DNA of 32,000 nt, from contig NZ_CP007496.1 in the NCBI RefSeq assembly GCF_000803625.1, positions 180,001 through 212,000 on the forward strand, written 5' to 3'. The translations under genes were made by a program, and so were the position numbers. Position 1 is the first letter of the stretch; every line of letters begins with the position of its first letter. Under the pieces are notes generated by a model. That model did no database searches. It was not told where the DNA came from and saw only the letters and a program-made list of their open reading frames with translations. This DNA is from Candidatus Nanosynbacter lyticus (lineage in GTDB: Bacteria > Patescibacteriota > Saccharimonadia > Saccharimonadales > Saccharimonadaceae). Below, one piece after another: positions 23,566-31,317 of the stretch.

Positions 23566-24633
23566 ATGCTACCTAAGGTCTTGCAATTATTTAAGTCGCC
23601 GCGAACTATTATGAGTATCTTGACGTTAGCGGTTTTAGCTATTGTTATTTTCCTGTCGCGGCATGAGCTAGTAAAGGCGTGGGGACTATTTTTAAATGCA
23701 GATTTATGGCTATTATTCTTATTGTTACCGTTTCAAATTATCGTGTATTTTGCTGGTGGCGAAATGATCTTCTCTTATCTTAGGGATAAGAATCTGATTC
23801 ACCATATTTCCAGATTAGAACAGACAAGGATTGCCCTAGAATTGAACCTGGTTAACCATATTTTTCCGTCGGGGGGCGTTAGTGGAATTTCATATACAAC
23901 ATGGCGGATGCATAAGCTGGGGGTGAGTTCGGCGCGCTCGACATTTGCCCAGGTGATTCGTTATGTGACAGGATTTTTATCTCTCTTGATTCTATTGGTG
24001 ATTGCCGTGCTGGCTCTGGCTATTGATGGTAAGGTCAATAGATATATTGTAGCGGCGAGCTTCTTGTTAATCATAGTGGTGCTGGCGCTGACTTTTGGAT
24101 TGATATTTATATTTTCATCCAAGCGGCGCATGCAGACAACGGCTGCAGGTGTCTCGAAGTTTATTAATGTACTGGTAAAATATGTGACTTTCGGTAAAAA
24201 ACGACGGATTATGAATGCTCAGAAGGTGGAAGATTTCTTTGTTGACATGCAAGATGATTTTCAGGATTTGGCCAATCACCCAAAGCTGTTAAAGAAACCT
24301 ATGATTTGGGGGATTGTCTATACAGCCTTTGACGTGGCAATGTTTACAGTAGCGTTTATGTCGTTGGGGGTTTTTGTTAATCCAGCAATCTTAATGGTGG
24401 GCTATGGAGTTGCGGGATTAGCGGCACTTTTTGTATTTACGCCCGGTGGTACGGGGGTTTACGAGACAATCATGATTATATTCTTAAGCATGGCAGGAAC
24501 ACCACCGGACTTAGCAATTGCTGGAATTATTTTAACGAGGGCAATTTTACTAACCGGCACTATTGTCTTTGGCTATATTTTTTACCAGCACGCATTGATT
24601 AAATATGGCAAGCCAAATGACTCCCAGGTTTAG
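23566..24633 (+). CDS. polytopic membrane protein, UPF0104 / lysyl-phosphatidylglycerol-synthase-TM (flippase-like) family
   Basis: It has about 8 TM helices. FTPGGTGVYETIMI fits the conserved PGGxGxxE motif of this family (from memory). I moved the start from 23557 to 23566 because of the -10 box. Confidence 0.75.
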   Translation: MLPKVLQLFKSPRTIMSILTLAVLAIVIFLSRHELVKAWGLFLNADLWLLFLLLPFQIIVYFAGGEMIFSYLRDKNLIHHISRLEQTRIALELNLVNHIFPSGGVSGISYTTWRMHKLGVSSARSTFAQVIRYVTGFLSLLILLVIAVLALAIDGKVNRYIVAASFLLIIVVLALTFGLIFIFSSKRRMQTTAAGVSKFINVLVKYVTFGKKRRIMNAQKVEDFFVDMQDDFQDLANHPKLLKKPMIWGIVYTAFDVAMFTVAFMSLGVFVNPAILMVGYGVAGLAALFVFTPGGTGVYETIMIIFLSMAGTPPDLAIAGIILTRAILLTGTIVFGYIFYQHALIKYGKPNDSQV

Positions 24634-25717
24634 CGTTAGTAATTTCCTGGCGGTAGTTAATCAGACTTTTGAGGCTGTTTTTGCTGGCGCGGTTGAAGTT
24701 GAGGGTGAGGTTGTTAGCTTTAAGTCGTATCCGCCAAAATATGCCTTTTTTACTCTGAAGGACGATGATGGATCGGTTAATTGTTTTGTGGGCTTTAGCA
24801 ATCTGCGGACGCCAATCGAGGATGGTATGAAAGTGGTGGTCCGGGCGACACCAAGCCTGAGGGACGACGGTAAGTTTAATTTGCAAGTTCAGAAAGTTTT
24901 TCCACTAGGCGAGGGTAATCTAAAACGGAGTTTCGACATTCTGAAGCAGAAATTGGCTACCGAAGGGCTATTTGACGTTAATCGTAAACGGCCGTTACCG
25001 CGTTATCCACATCGGGTGGCTGTTATTTCTAGTACAAAGGCGGCAGGTTACGCGGACTTTATGAAAATCTCTCGAGATCGTTGGGGCGGTGTGAAATTTA
25101 TTGTCGCTAATGTTAATGTTCAGGGTGACGGCGCGGCAGATCAGATTATACGGGCAATTTCATATTTCAATCAAATGGCAGAACCGCCAGAGGTAATTGC
25201 TTTAATTCGTGGTGGCGGTAGTGCTGAGGACTTGGCAAGCTTTAATGATGAACAGCTAGTTAGAGTGGTAGCAGGTAGTCGCGTGCCCATAATAACCGGC
25301 ATTGGGCACGAGATTGATGAAAGTTTATGTGATCTGGCGGCGGATGTGCGAGGTGCAACACCTAGTAATGTTGCTCAGCTGCTATTTCCAGATAAACATG
25401 AATTAGTCGGGCATCTACATTTTCGGTTAATTGGTGTAAAAGATGAAATTAAGAGAGCTATTGACGAGCAGATACTTAGAGCAACAATGTTGCAAAAAGA
25501 CGCGCTTGAGCAGTGGTCAAGTCAGGTCAGGGATGCTATAAATGCAACATTGTCGCAACAAAAGATTATTGCTGAATACGATCCAGAAATGGCGTTACAG
25601 AGGGGCTACGCTATGATTAGCGGTGATTTACAGGTTGGTAGTATTGTTAAGATTACAACAAAGGATATAATTATGAAAGCGAGGATTGAAGATAGTGAAC
25701 GACGAAATGACAATTGA
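24605..25717 (+). CDS. xseA: exodeoxyribonuclease VII large subunit
   Basis: The N-terminus is an OB fold (VEVEGEVVSFKSYPPKYAFFTLKDDDGSVNCFV). The core reads IALIRGGGSAEDL ... SRVPIITGIGHEIDESLCDLAAD. It overlaps the upstream gene by 29 nt. Confidence 0.85.
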   Translation: MASQMTPRFSVSNFLAVVNQTFEAVFAGAVEVEGEVVSFKSYPPKYAFFTLKDDDGSVNCFVGFSNLRTPIEDGMKVVVRATPSLRDDGKFNLQVQKVFPLGEGNLKRSFDILKQKLATEGLFDVNRKRPLPRYPHRVAVISSTKAAGYADFMKISRDRWGGVKFIVANVNVQGDGAADQIIRAISYFNQMAEPPEVIALIRGGGSAEDLASFNDEQLVRVVAGSRVPIITGIGHEIDESLCDLAADVRGATPSNVAQLLFPDKHELVGHLHFRLIGVKDEIKRAIDEQILRATMLQKDALEQWSSQVRDAINATLSQQKIIAEYDPEMALQRGYAMISGDLQVGSIVKITTKDIIMKARIEDSERRNDN

Positions 25718-25895
25718 GCAGATGGTGACAGAGTTAAACGAGCGAATTGCGTGGTTTCAAGGTGATGATTTTAATTTGGATGAAGCTAAACGGAAGTTTA
25801 TTGAGGCACGAGAGCTGTCAAAGAAAATTACGTCTACGCTAGAAGATATGCGACATGACATTGAAGTGCTTGGGGAAGATTTTAGCGTAGAATAG
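25707..25895 (+). CDS. xseB: exodeoxyribonuclease VII small subunit
   Basis: It is a small helical protein (EQMVTELNERIAWFQGDDFNLDEAKRKFIEARELSKKI) lying directly after xseA. The start is ambiguous: ATG 25707, GTG 25695 or TTG 25686, all in frame. Confidence 0.8.
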   Translation: MTIEQMVTELNERIAWFQGDDFNLDEAKRKFIEARELSKKITSTLEDMRHDIEVLGEDFSVE

Positions 25896-25923
25896 GGTGC
25901 TTTACATCACTTAAAGCATAAGC

Positions 25924-25929
25924 TATACT
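25924..25929 (+). promoter_or_regulatory. -10 candidate TATACT 7 nt upstream of ATG 25937
   Basis: TATACT lies at 25924-25929, the gap is ctaaaat, and the ATG is at 25937. Confidence 0.35.
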
Positions 25930-25936
25930 CTAAAAT

Positions 25937-26596
25937 ATGATGAAAAGAAATGAAAAAGAGCGTGGCTCAGTTAATGGCTGGATGGTCGGCACAATCGGCT
26001 GTTTGATATTATTTTTAATTGCTGGCTCACTGGCAATTTGGGCGTACATGCAATATTCCCATGAAAAAAGCAATGTTGATAGTAAAGTGGCAATTGAGGT
26101 TGCCAAGGGTAAGAGCGAGCAGGCTGAATCAGACCAGAAAAAATTTTCAGAAGAAGCGAAGAACCCGCGGATTGAGTTTGTTGGTCCTAGCGAATATGGA
26201 CGCGTATCATTTATGTATCCAAAAACTTGGAGTGTTTATATAGAAAATGACGGTAGTAATAGGGGTGATTATAAAGCATATCTTAATCCGGTAGCCGTTC
26301 CGTCAGCATCTAATAAGGCGAGTCGATTTGCCTTGAGGTTAGAAATTATAAATAAAAACCTAGATACAGTGCTTAATGATTATCAGTCTCGCCTAAAGAA
26401 GGGTGAATTGACCTCAAGTAGCACTGAGTTTAATGGAATCTCCGCTACGCGCATTGATGGTACGTTCGAGAAGGAGCTGCGTGGATCTGTCGTGTTGATG
26501 AAGGTTCGCGACAAGACTATCCGCTTCTCAACTGATGCGGACACATTCAAGCCAGATTTCCAGACGATATTAGGCACTGTAAAAATTGCTGAATAG
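25937..26596 (+). CDS. membrane-anchored hypothetical protein with an extracytoplasmic domain
   Basis: It has a short basic N-terminus and a single TM helix (GWMVGTIGCLILFLIAGSLAIWAYM). The external domain is about 170 aa (YPKTWSVYIENDGS...) and vaguely PsbP/DcrB-like (weak inference). Confidence 0.6.
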   Translation: MMKRNEKERGSVNGWMVGTIGCLILFLIAGSLAIWAYMQYSHEKSNVDSKVAIEVAKGKSEQAESDQKKFSEEAKNPRIEFVGPSEYGRVSFMYPKTWSVYIENDGSNRGDYKAYLNPVAVPSASNKASRFALRLEIINKNLDTVLNDYQSRLKKGELTSSSTEFNGISATRIDGTFEKELRGSVVLMKVRDKTIRFSTDADTFKPDFQTILGTVKIAE

Positions 26597-26614
26597 AAAA
26601 ACCAGCTCAAGTTT

Positions 26615-26623
26615 TGCTATACT
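26615..26623 (+). promoter_or_regulatory. extended -10 TGcTATACT 8 nt upstream of ATG 26632
   Basis: TGCTATACT is read directly. The in-frame codon at 26623-26625 is TAG, so the kinase ORF cannot extend upstream. Confidence 0.45.
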
Positions 26624-26631
26624 AGAAATGT

Positions 26632-27348
26632 ATGGCAGGTAAAGAGTGGAGTGATGCTGATTTTGGAGGGTTGCCGAGTGTCTTGGTGGCGGCACATGAG
26701 CTAAAAACGCCGCTGTCTTTAATACGGCAATTGACGTTAATGCTCGGCGATGATTTGACGAGTGAAGTTGATAAAAAACAGATCAAGCAGCGTATCGTCC
26801 AGACGTCCGAACAGGCGCTGCAGTTAACAGTCGACTTAGCGAATTCGGCAAATTTGACGCCGTCATTATTTCCTCTGGAGCCAGTTAATCCGTTGGCAAT
26901 ATGTCAGCAAATGGCTGTGGAAACGCGATTTAATGCAGTGCTTTATGGGCGGAAAATTAGCTGGCCTCGGAGTGGGCGAAATAGTCGATTGATTTTGGCA
27001 AATCGGACGTTATTAGGGCGGATTTTGGCAAATTTTTTAAACAACGCTCTGAAATATACCGAGGACGACTCAGAGATAAAAGTGTCAGTTAAGGCTGTTG
27101 GTGGCGCGGTGAGGCTGAGCGTGCGTGATTTTGGGCCGATGATGAGCTTGAAGGAGTATCGGCGGCTGCTTGATGAGATGGATGCGCGAAAAACGGTGCG
27201 GACGCGGCCGGAAAGTAGCGGCTTGGGGATTTATGTGGCTAGCCAATTTGCCCGGGCAATGAATGGCCAAATTGGTCTAATTAGACATCGAGACGGTTTA
27301 ACATTTTATGTAGATATGCCGATTAGTCGGCAGCTGAGTTTGCTATGA
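26632..27348 (+). CDS. soluble histidine kinase core (HisKA + HATPase_c only; no sensor or TM region)
   Basis: The H-box AAHELKTPL places the His at residue 22. The N-box is LANFLNNALKYT, the G1-like box is VRDFGPMM, and the G2 box is SGLGIYVASQFA. The protein is 238 aa. Confidence 0.8.
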   Translation: MAGKEWSDADFGGLPSVLVAAHELKTPLSLIRQLTLMLGDDLTSEVDKKQIKQRIVQTSEQALQLTVDLANSANLTPSLFPLEPVNPLAICQQMAVETRFNAVLYGRKISWPRSGRNSRLILANRTLLGRILANFLNNALKYTEDDSEIKVSVKAVGGAVRLSVRDFGPMMSLKEYRRLLDEMDARKTVRTRPESSGLGIYVASQFARAMNGQIGLIRHRDGLTFYVDMPISRQLSLL

Positions 27349-27713
27349 AAAAGTTGCTGATTGTCGAGGATGATAAAAATTGGGCGGATATTTTATGCAG
27401 CTATGCGGCGGCGGTTGGCGCGGAAGCGCGGGTGGTGGCTTCTGGCGGCCAGGCGATGGAAATGATTGATGATTGGCAGCCGGATGCGATTGTCCTGGAC
27501 ATGCTGCTGGCGGGCGAAACGGCGGTGGCGCTGCTGAACGAGCTGAGGTCGCATGTGGATTTGGCGAAGTTGCCAATTGCGGTTTGTAGTAACGCGGATG
27601 TGCAATTGGCAGATTTGCGGCCGTTTGGTGTGACGGCGCTGCTGGATAAGGCGTCAATTCTCCCGGACGAAGTGCGGGCGATTTTTAGAGAGGTTTTGGA
27701 TGGGGCAAAGTGA
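27345..27713 (+). CDS. single-domain response regulator (REC only)
   Basis: KKLLIVEDD, the acceptor context DAIVLDMLL and the conserved Lys in LLDKAS are present. At 122 aa there is no output domain. The ATGA overlaps the kinase stop. Confidence 0.85.
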   Translation: MKKLLIVEDDKNWADILCSYAAAVGAEARVVASGGQAMEMIDDWQPDAIVLDMLLAGETAVALLNELRSHVDLAKLPIAVCSNADVQLADLRPFGVTALLDKASILPDEVRAIFREVLDGAK

Positions 27714-28377
27714 GCGGTTAAAAGCGATTGTGCTGAGGCGGACGAATTACGCCGAGGCTGATCGGGTGTTGCAACTGCTGACGCCTAAAGGCCGGCGCAG
27801 TGTCATTGCCAAGGGCGTGCGGCGCGAGCGGTCGAAATTGGCGGGCGGCATTGAACTATTTGCGATTTGTGACGTGGTGATTCGTTCCGGTCGTGGTGAT
27901 TTGGGGCTATTGACTTCGGCGCGACTGGCGGCGTTTTATCGGCATATATTGGAGGATTATGAGCGGATGCAGTTCGCTTACTCAGCGATGAAGCTGGTGT
28001 CGGCCGCGAGCGAAAATATTGACGAGCCGGAATGGTATTTTGTACTAAGCCAAGTATTAGAGCAATTAAATAAACCGGCAGTTAACCAAAAGCTGATTGA
28101 AACGTGGTTTTATATGCAATACGCTAGCTTGCTGGGTGATGAGCTGAATTTGCGCACCGATGTGGCAGCTCAGATGTTGGCGCCCGATAAAAAATATATG
28201 TACGATAGCGCGGAGAAGGGCTTGCGGCTGGCGGAGCAGGGCGACTTGTCGGCGGACGCCATCAAACTGCTTCGGCTCATCCAAGCAAAGCCGCTGGTGA
28301 ATGTGGCGCAAATTGGCGGGATAACTGAGGTGATCAGTGCTTGTTGGCTGGTCGCGCGGCAGCACGCGGCGGTGTAA
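27700..28377 (+). CDS. recO: DNA repair protein RecO
   Basis: LKAIVLRRTNYAEADRVLQLLTPKGRRSVIAKGVRRERSKLAGGIELF is a typical RecO OB-fold N-terminus. The gene overlaps the REC gene by 14 nt. Confidence 0.85.
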   Translation: MGQSERLKAIVLRRTNYAEADRVLQLLTPKGRRSVIAKGVRRERSKLAGGIELFAICDVVIRSGRGDLGLLTSARLAAFYRHILEDYERMQFAYSAMKLVSAASENIDEPEWYFVLSQVLEQLNKPAVNQKLIETWFYMQYASLLGDELNLRTDVAAQMLAPDKKYMYDSAEKGLRLAEQGDLSADAIKLLRLIQAKPLVNVAQIGGITEVISACWLVARQHAAV

Positions 28378-28391
28378 TATTGCCCATAAAA

Positions 28392-28400
28392 TGCTATACT
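28392..28400 (+). promoter_or_regulatory. extended -10 TGcTATACT upstream of glyQS (leader of about 45-50 nt)
   Basis: TGCTATACT lies at 28392-28400. The GGAG SD is at 28437-28440 and the ATG at 28453. Confidence 0.45.
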
Positions 28401-28421
28401 GTAGGTAATAATTGTGAATCG

Positions 28422-28438
28422 CCATGTTGCCAACATGG
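28422..28438. promoter_or_regulatory. 17-bp palindrome CCATGTTG-C-CAACATGG in the glyQS leader, abutting the SD
   Basis: The two 8-nt arms are exact reverse complements. The 3' arm ends in the GG of the GGAG SD. Confidence 0.3.
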
Positions 28439-28452
28439 AGAAAGGTTTTTTG

Positions 28453-30003
28453 ATGAGTCAAGCAAAAATGGAAGATATTACCAGCCTGTGCAAGCGCCGC
28501 GGCTTTATTTATCAGGGGTCGGATGTGTATGGTGGTCTTTCTGGTACTTGGGATTATGGTCCACTGGGCGTGCAACTGAAGCGCAATATCATGGATTTGT
28601 GGTGGCGCCGGTTTGTGGATGAGCGTGACGACATGTACGGTGTCGATGCAGCGATTTTGATGAATCAGAAAGTTTGGAAGGCGAGTGGGCATGTGGATAC
28701 CTTCACTGACCCGCTTATTGAATGTAGAGAGTGTCATGGACGATTTCGTGCTGATCATATTATTAAAAATAAGGATGATTATATAAGTAAATTGAACCCT
28801 TTTTTTAATCGTAGAGAAACTCTTATCGATTCGTACGCTGGTGTTGAGTATACCCCTGAAACTAAAAAGGAACTCTACGACAAGTTGGTGGAGGCGGATC
28901 TTGTTGCGGGTGAAGCTACCTATCCTGCGCACGACACGGTTGATCAATTAAAGAATTATTATGTCTTGCAATCACAAAAAGATGCTGTATCGTATCTTGG
29001 AGATTTTCCAGCGGCCTACCTTAACAATACTAAGACGAAGTGCCCACGGTGTGGTAATATCGCTTGGTATCCAGCACGGACATTTAACATGATGTTCAAA
29101 ACGCACGTTGGCGCGACCAAAAGCGAAGACAGTATTTCTTACCTCCGCCCAGAAACCGCCCAAGGTATCTTCACTAATTTCAAAAACGTCGTCGATAGTT
29201 TTTATCCAAATTTACCATTTGGTATCGCTCAACAGGGTAAGGCCTTTCGCAATGAAATTGCGCCGCGCGATTTCGTTTTCCGCTCTCGGGAGTTTGAGCA
29301 GATGGAGATTGAATACTTCGTCAACCCTGAGCATTGGCAGGAAGCGTTTGATGAGCTGCTGGCGGCGACGCATGCGTTTTTGGCAGAACTGGGCTTGAAA
29401 CCAGAGCACATTCACGAGCTAGACGTGCCGGCGGAGGATCGGGCGCACTATAGCAAAAAGACGATTGACATCGAGTACGATTATCCAATTGGTCGTGAGG
29501 AGTTGATGGGAATCGCGTATCGCACTAATTTTGACCTGATGAACATCCAGCGGGTCAGTGGCAAGAGTATGGAATACACCGTCAAGGGGACGAACACAAA
29601 ATTTGTGCCGCACGTCATTGAGCCGAGTTTTGGTGTGGAGAGGGCGCTGATGGCGGTACTGTCGGGCGCGTACCGTGAGGATGAGCAAAACGGTGAAAAG
29701 CGGGTGTATTTGGCGTTGCCAGAACATTTGGCGCCGGTCAGATTTGCCGTCTCACCACTGCTGAAAAATAAGCCAGAATTGGTAGAGAAAGCTCGCGAAG
29801 TTTATGCCGAGCTGTCTAAGGTGAACCCCGGCCGAGTGATGTGGGACGACAACGGCAACATCGGCAAGCGCTATCGCCGCCAAGACGAAATCGGCACGCC
29901 GCACTGCGTGGTCATCGATTTCCAGACGCTGGAGGACGGCACGGTGACGGTGCGTGAGCGAGATACGACGGAGCAGAGGCGGGTGAATGTTGAGGAGCTA
30001 TAG
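28453..30003 (+). CDS. glyQS: glycine--tRNA ligase, homodimeric alpha2 (GlyQS) type
   Basis: Diagnostic stretches are SLCKRRGFIYQGSDVYGGLSGTWDYGPLG, FRNEIAPRDFVFRSREFEQMEIEYF and VIEPSFGVERA. I prefer ATG 28453 with the GGAG SD over GTG 28414. Confidence 0.95.
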   Translation: MSQAKMEDITSLCKRRGFIYQGSDVYGGLSGTWDYGPLGVQLKRNIMDLWWRRFVDERDDMYGVDAAILMNQKVWKASGHVDTFTDPLIECRECHGRFRADHIIKNKDDYISKLNPFFNRRETLIDSYAGVEYTPETKKELYDKLVEADLVAGEATYPAHDTVDQLKNYYVLQSQKDAVSYLGDFPAAYLNNTKTKCPRCGNIAWYPARTFNMMFKTHVGATKSEDSISYLRPETAQGIFTNFKNVVDSFYPNLPFGIAQQGKAFRNEIAPRDFVFRSREFEQMEIEYFVNPEHWQEAFDELLAATHAFLAELGLKPEHIHELDVPAEDRAHYSKKTIDIEYDYPIGREELMGIAYRTNFDLMNIQRVSGKSMEYTVKGTNTKFVPHVIEPSFGVERALMAVLSGAYREDEQNGEKRVYLALPEHLAPVRFAVSPLLKNKPELVEKAREVYAELSKVNPGRVMWDDNGNIGKRYRRQDEIGTPHCVVIDFQTLEDGTVTVRERDTTEQRRVNVEEL

Positions 30004-30047
30004 ATACTAGATATGAAAAAGCAAATTGGGTTTAAGGAGATAAAAGA

Positions 30048-30665
30048 TTGACAAAAAATAGACCTGAGTTTGATAAAATTACATCGTTTGACGAGTTTAA
30101 TAAATATTATTGGTATCGTGAAGAAATTTCACAGATATGCAGGTCACTAGGATTAGAATATAGCGGTACAAAACAAGAACTCAATCACATTATTGAACAG
30201 TACTTTAAGGGTAATGTAATTAAGAAATCATCAATAAAAAATGAGAAGAAACAAGTTGAAAATATTACTCTAGATACGCCATTACTTGAATGTGGTTTTT
30301 CTTTTAACGCAAAATTCAGAGAATATTTCTCCATTGTAACAGATATTTCACCTTTTAAATTTACTGCTGATATGGCAACAGCTTGGCGAAAAGTAAAAAG
30401 AGAAAAGGATGGCAAATTTACAATCAAAGATTTGCTAAAGGTGTATTATGGCGAATCAGATTATGCCAAGTATGATAATTCGGTTTGTCAATGGAATCAA
30501 TTCTTAAAGGATTTCTGTGCAGATGAAAATAGCCGCAACTATTCGAATAAATTAAAAGTAGCTTCTATCCTTTGGAAAGAAGTCAGAAATTCAAGAAATG
30601 AAAAGATTTATTCAAAGAGTCTTTTGACTGAATATGCCGGTAAAATAAAAGAGTATCACAATTAG
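30048..30665 (+). CDS. hypothetical protein with a SAP-like N-terminal motif (possibly DUF6434-type), low-GC gene
   Basis: The start is TTG, 8 nt after the AAGGAG SD (30034-30039). FNKYYWYREEISQICRSLGLEYSGTKQELNHIIEQYF resembles a SAP/DUF6434 helix-loop-helix (from memory). The gene is visibly AT-rich. Confidence 0.6.
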   Translation: MTKNRPEFDKITSFDEFNKYYWYREEISQICRSLGLEYSGTKQELNHIIEQYFKGNVIKKSSIKNEKKQVENITLDTPLLECGFSFNAKFREYFSIVTDISPFKFTADMATAWRKVKREKDGKFTIKDLLKVYYGESDYAKYDNSVCQWNQFLKDFCADENSRNYSNKLKVASILWKEVRNSRNEKIYSKSLLTEYAGKIKEYHN

Positions 30666-30766
30666 ATAATCCCCAACGTGTTAACACCCAATGAGTAGTT
30701 AATTATGGATATTGGAAAGACAGAATATACTGTAGGTGAAATGGTATCAGCTATCTGGCGTTCGGG

Positions 30767-30777
30767 TGTAGTATAAT
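30767..30777 (+). promoter_or_regulatory. -10 region TGTAGTATAAT 7 nt upstream of ATG 30785
   Basis: TATAAT lies at 30772-30777. The longest-ORF ATG (30776) lies inside the box, and the next in-frame ATG is 30785. Confidence 0.4.
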
Positions 30778-30784
30778 GACTCTC

Positions 30785-31267
30785 ATGACAAAAACCACCA
30801 AAGGACATATCATCACGCAGAATTTAGATGGCACCGATCATCTGGATTGTCTGTATCGCATCTCGCTCAAAGCCTTGATTTATAACGACGCTGGGCAGAT
30901 TTTGGTTGTTAAGGAAATTGATCGGACGTATTGGGATTTGCCGGGTGGTGGCATGGATTTTGGCGAGACGATTGAATCGTCGCTGAAACGCGAACTGTAC
31001 GAAGAGGTTGGCTACGAGGGCGGTTTGCGCTATCAACTGTTTGACGCGTCGGACGAGATGTATATTGAGCGGATTGATGCTAATCAAATCTGTTTTTATT
31101 GCCGTGTCTGGCCGGATAATTTTGACTTTGCGCCAGGTGAAGAGGGTGACGAAGTAATGTTTATCGACCCTGAGGAGTTGTTGATCCAGGAAAGTGAGGT
31201 TGACGCGCCAGCTCGAGCCTATGGGGTGCATATGAAATGGCAGGAGCTGTGCAGCTTAAAGAGTTAG
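30785..31267 (+). CDS. Nudix hydrolase
   Basis: The Nudix box GGGMDFGETIESSLKRELYEEVG fits GX5EX7REUXEEXGU. I moved the start from 30776 to 30785 because of the -10 box. Confidence 0.85.
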   Translation: MTKTTKGHIITQNLDGTDHLDCLYRISLKALIYNDAGQILVVKEIDRTYWDLPGGGMDFGETIESSLKRELYEEVGYEGGLRYQLFDASDEMYIERIDANQICFYCRVWPDNFDFAPGEEGDEVMFIDPEELLIQESEVDAPARAYGVHMKWQELCSLKS

Positions 31268-31281
31268 CCAGTAGAGTAGCA

Positions 31282-31310
31282 TTGACTTTTATACTATAAT
31301 AGTATAGAAT
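31282..31310 (+). promoter_or_regulatory. promoter TTGACT-17 nt-TAGAAT, 7 nt upstream of ATG 31318
   Basis: TTGACT lies at 31282-31287, the spacer is 17 nt, and TAGAAT lies at 31305-31310. The gap is ataaatc and the ATG is at 31318. Confidence 0.5.
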
Positions 31311-31317
31311 ATAAATC

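Noticed and set aside
25898-25918. Hairpin TGCTTTA-catcact-TAAAGCA after xseB as a terminator
   Set aside because: The 7-bp stem is AT-rich and has no following U-tract. It overlaps the next promoter region, so the evidence is too weak to call.
28378-28452. T-box riboswitch upstream of glyQS
   Set aside because: Only about 50 nt lie between the -10 box and the start codon. That is far too short for stem I, a specifier loop and a terminator/antiterminator, and no T-box consensus is seen.
28066-28947. 293-aa ORF on the minus strand, the longest unexplained ORF in the track
   Set aside because: It lies antisense to the well-supported recO and glyQS frames. Its sequence is low-complexity with no motifs. 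It arises in the GC-rich stretch where stop codons are rare, and it has no promoter or SD context.
30013-30051. 12-codon upstream ORF (MKKQIGFKEIKD) overlapping the TTG start of the SAP-like gene
   Set aside because: It has no SD of its own, and the AAGGAG inside it is positioned for the TTG start. It is most likely incidental.
30678-30687. 10-bp palindrome GTGTTAACAC after the SAP-like gene
   Set aside because: Dozens of 10-bp palindromes are expected by chance in 32 kb. It has no U-tract and no adjacent promoter.
30705-30776. 23-codon ORF (MDIGKTEYTVGEMVSAIWRSGVV) in the spacer before the Nudix gene
   Set aside because: It is too short and has no SD or promoter. I mention it only as a possible gene remnant in the low-GC patch finding.
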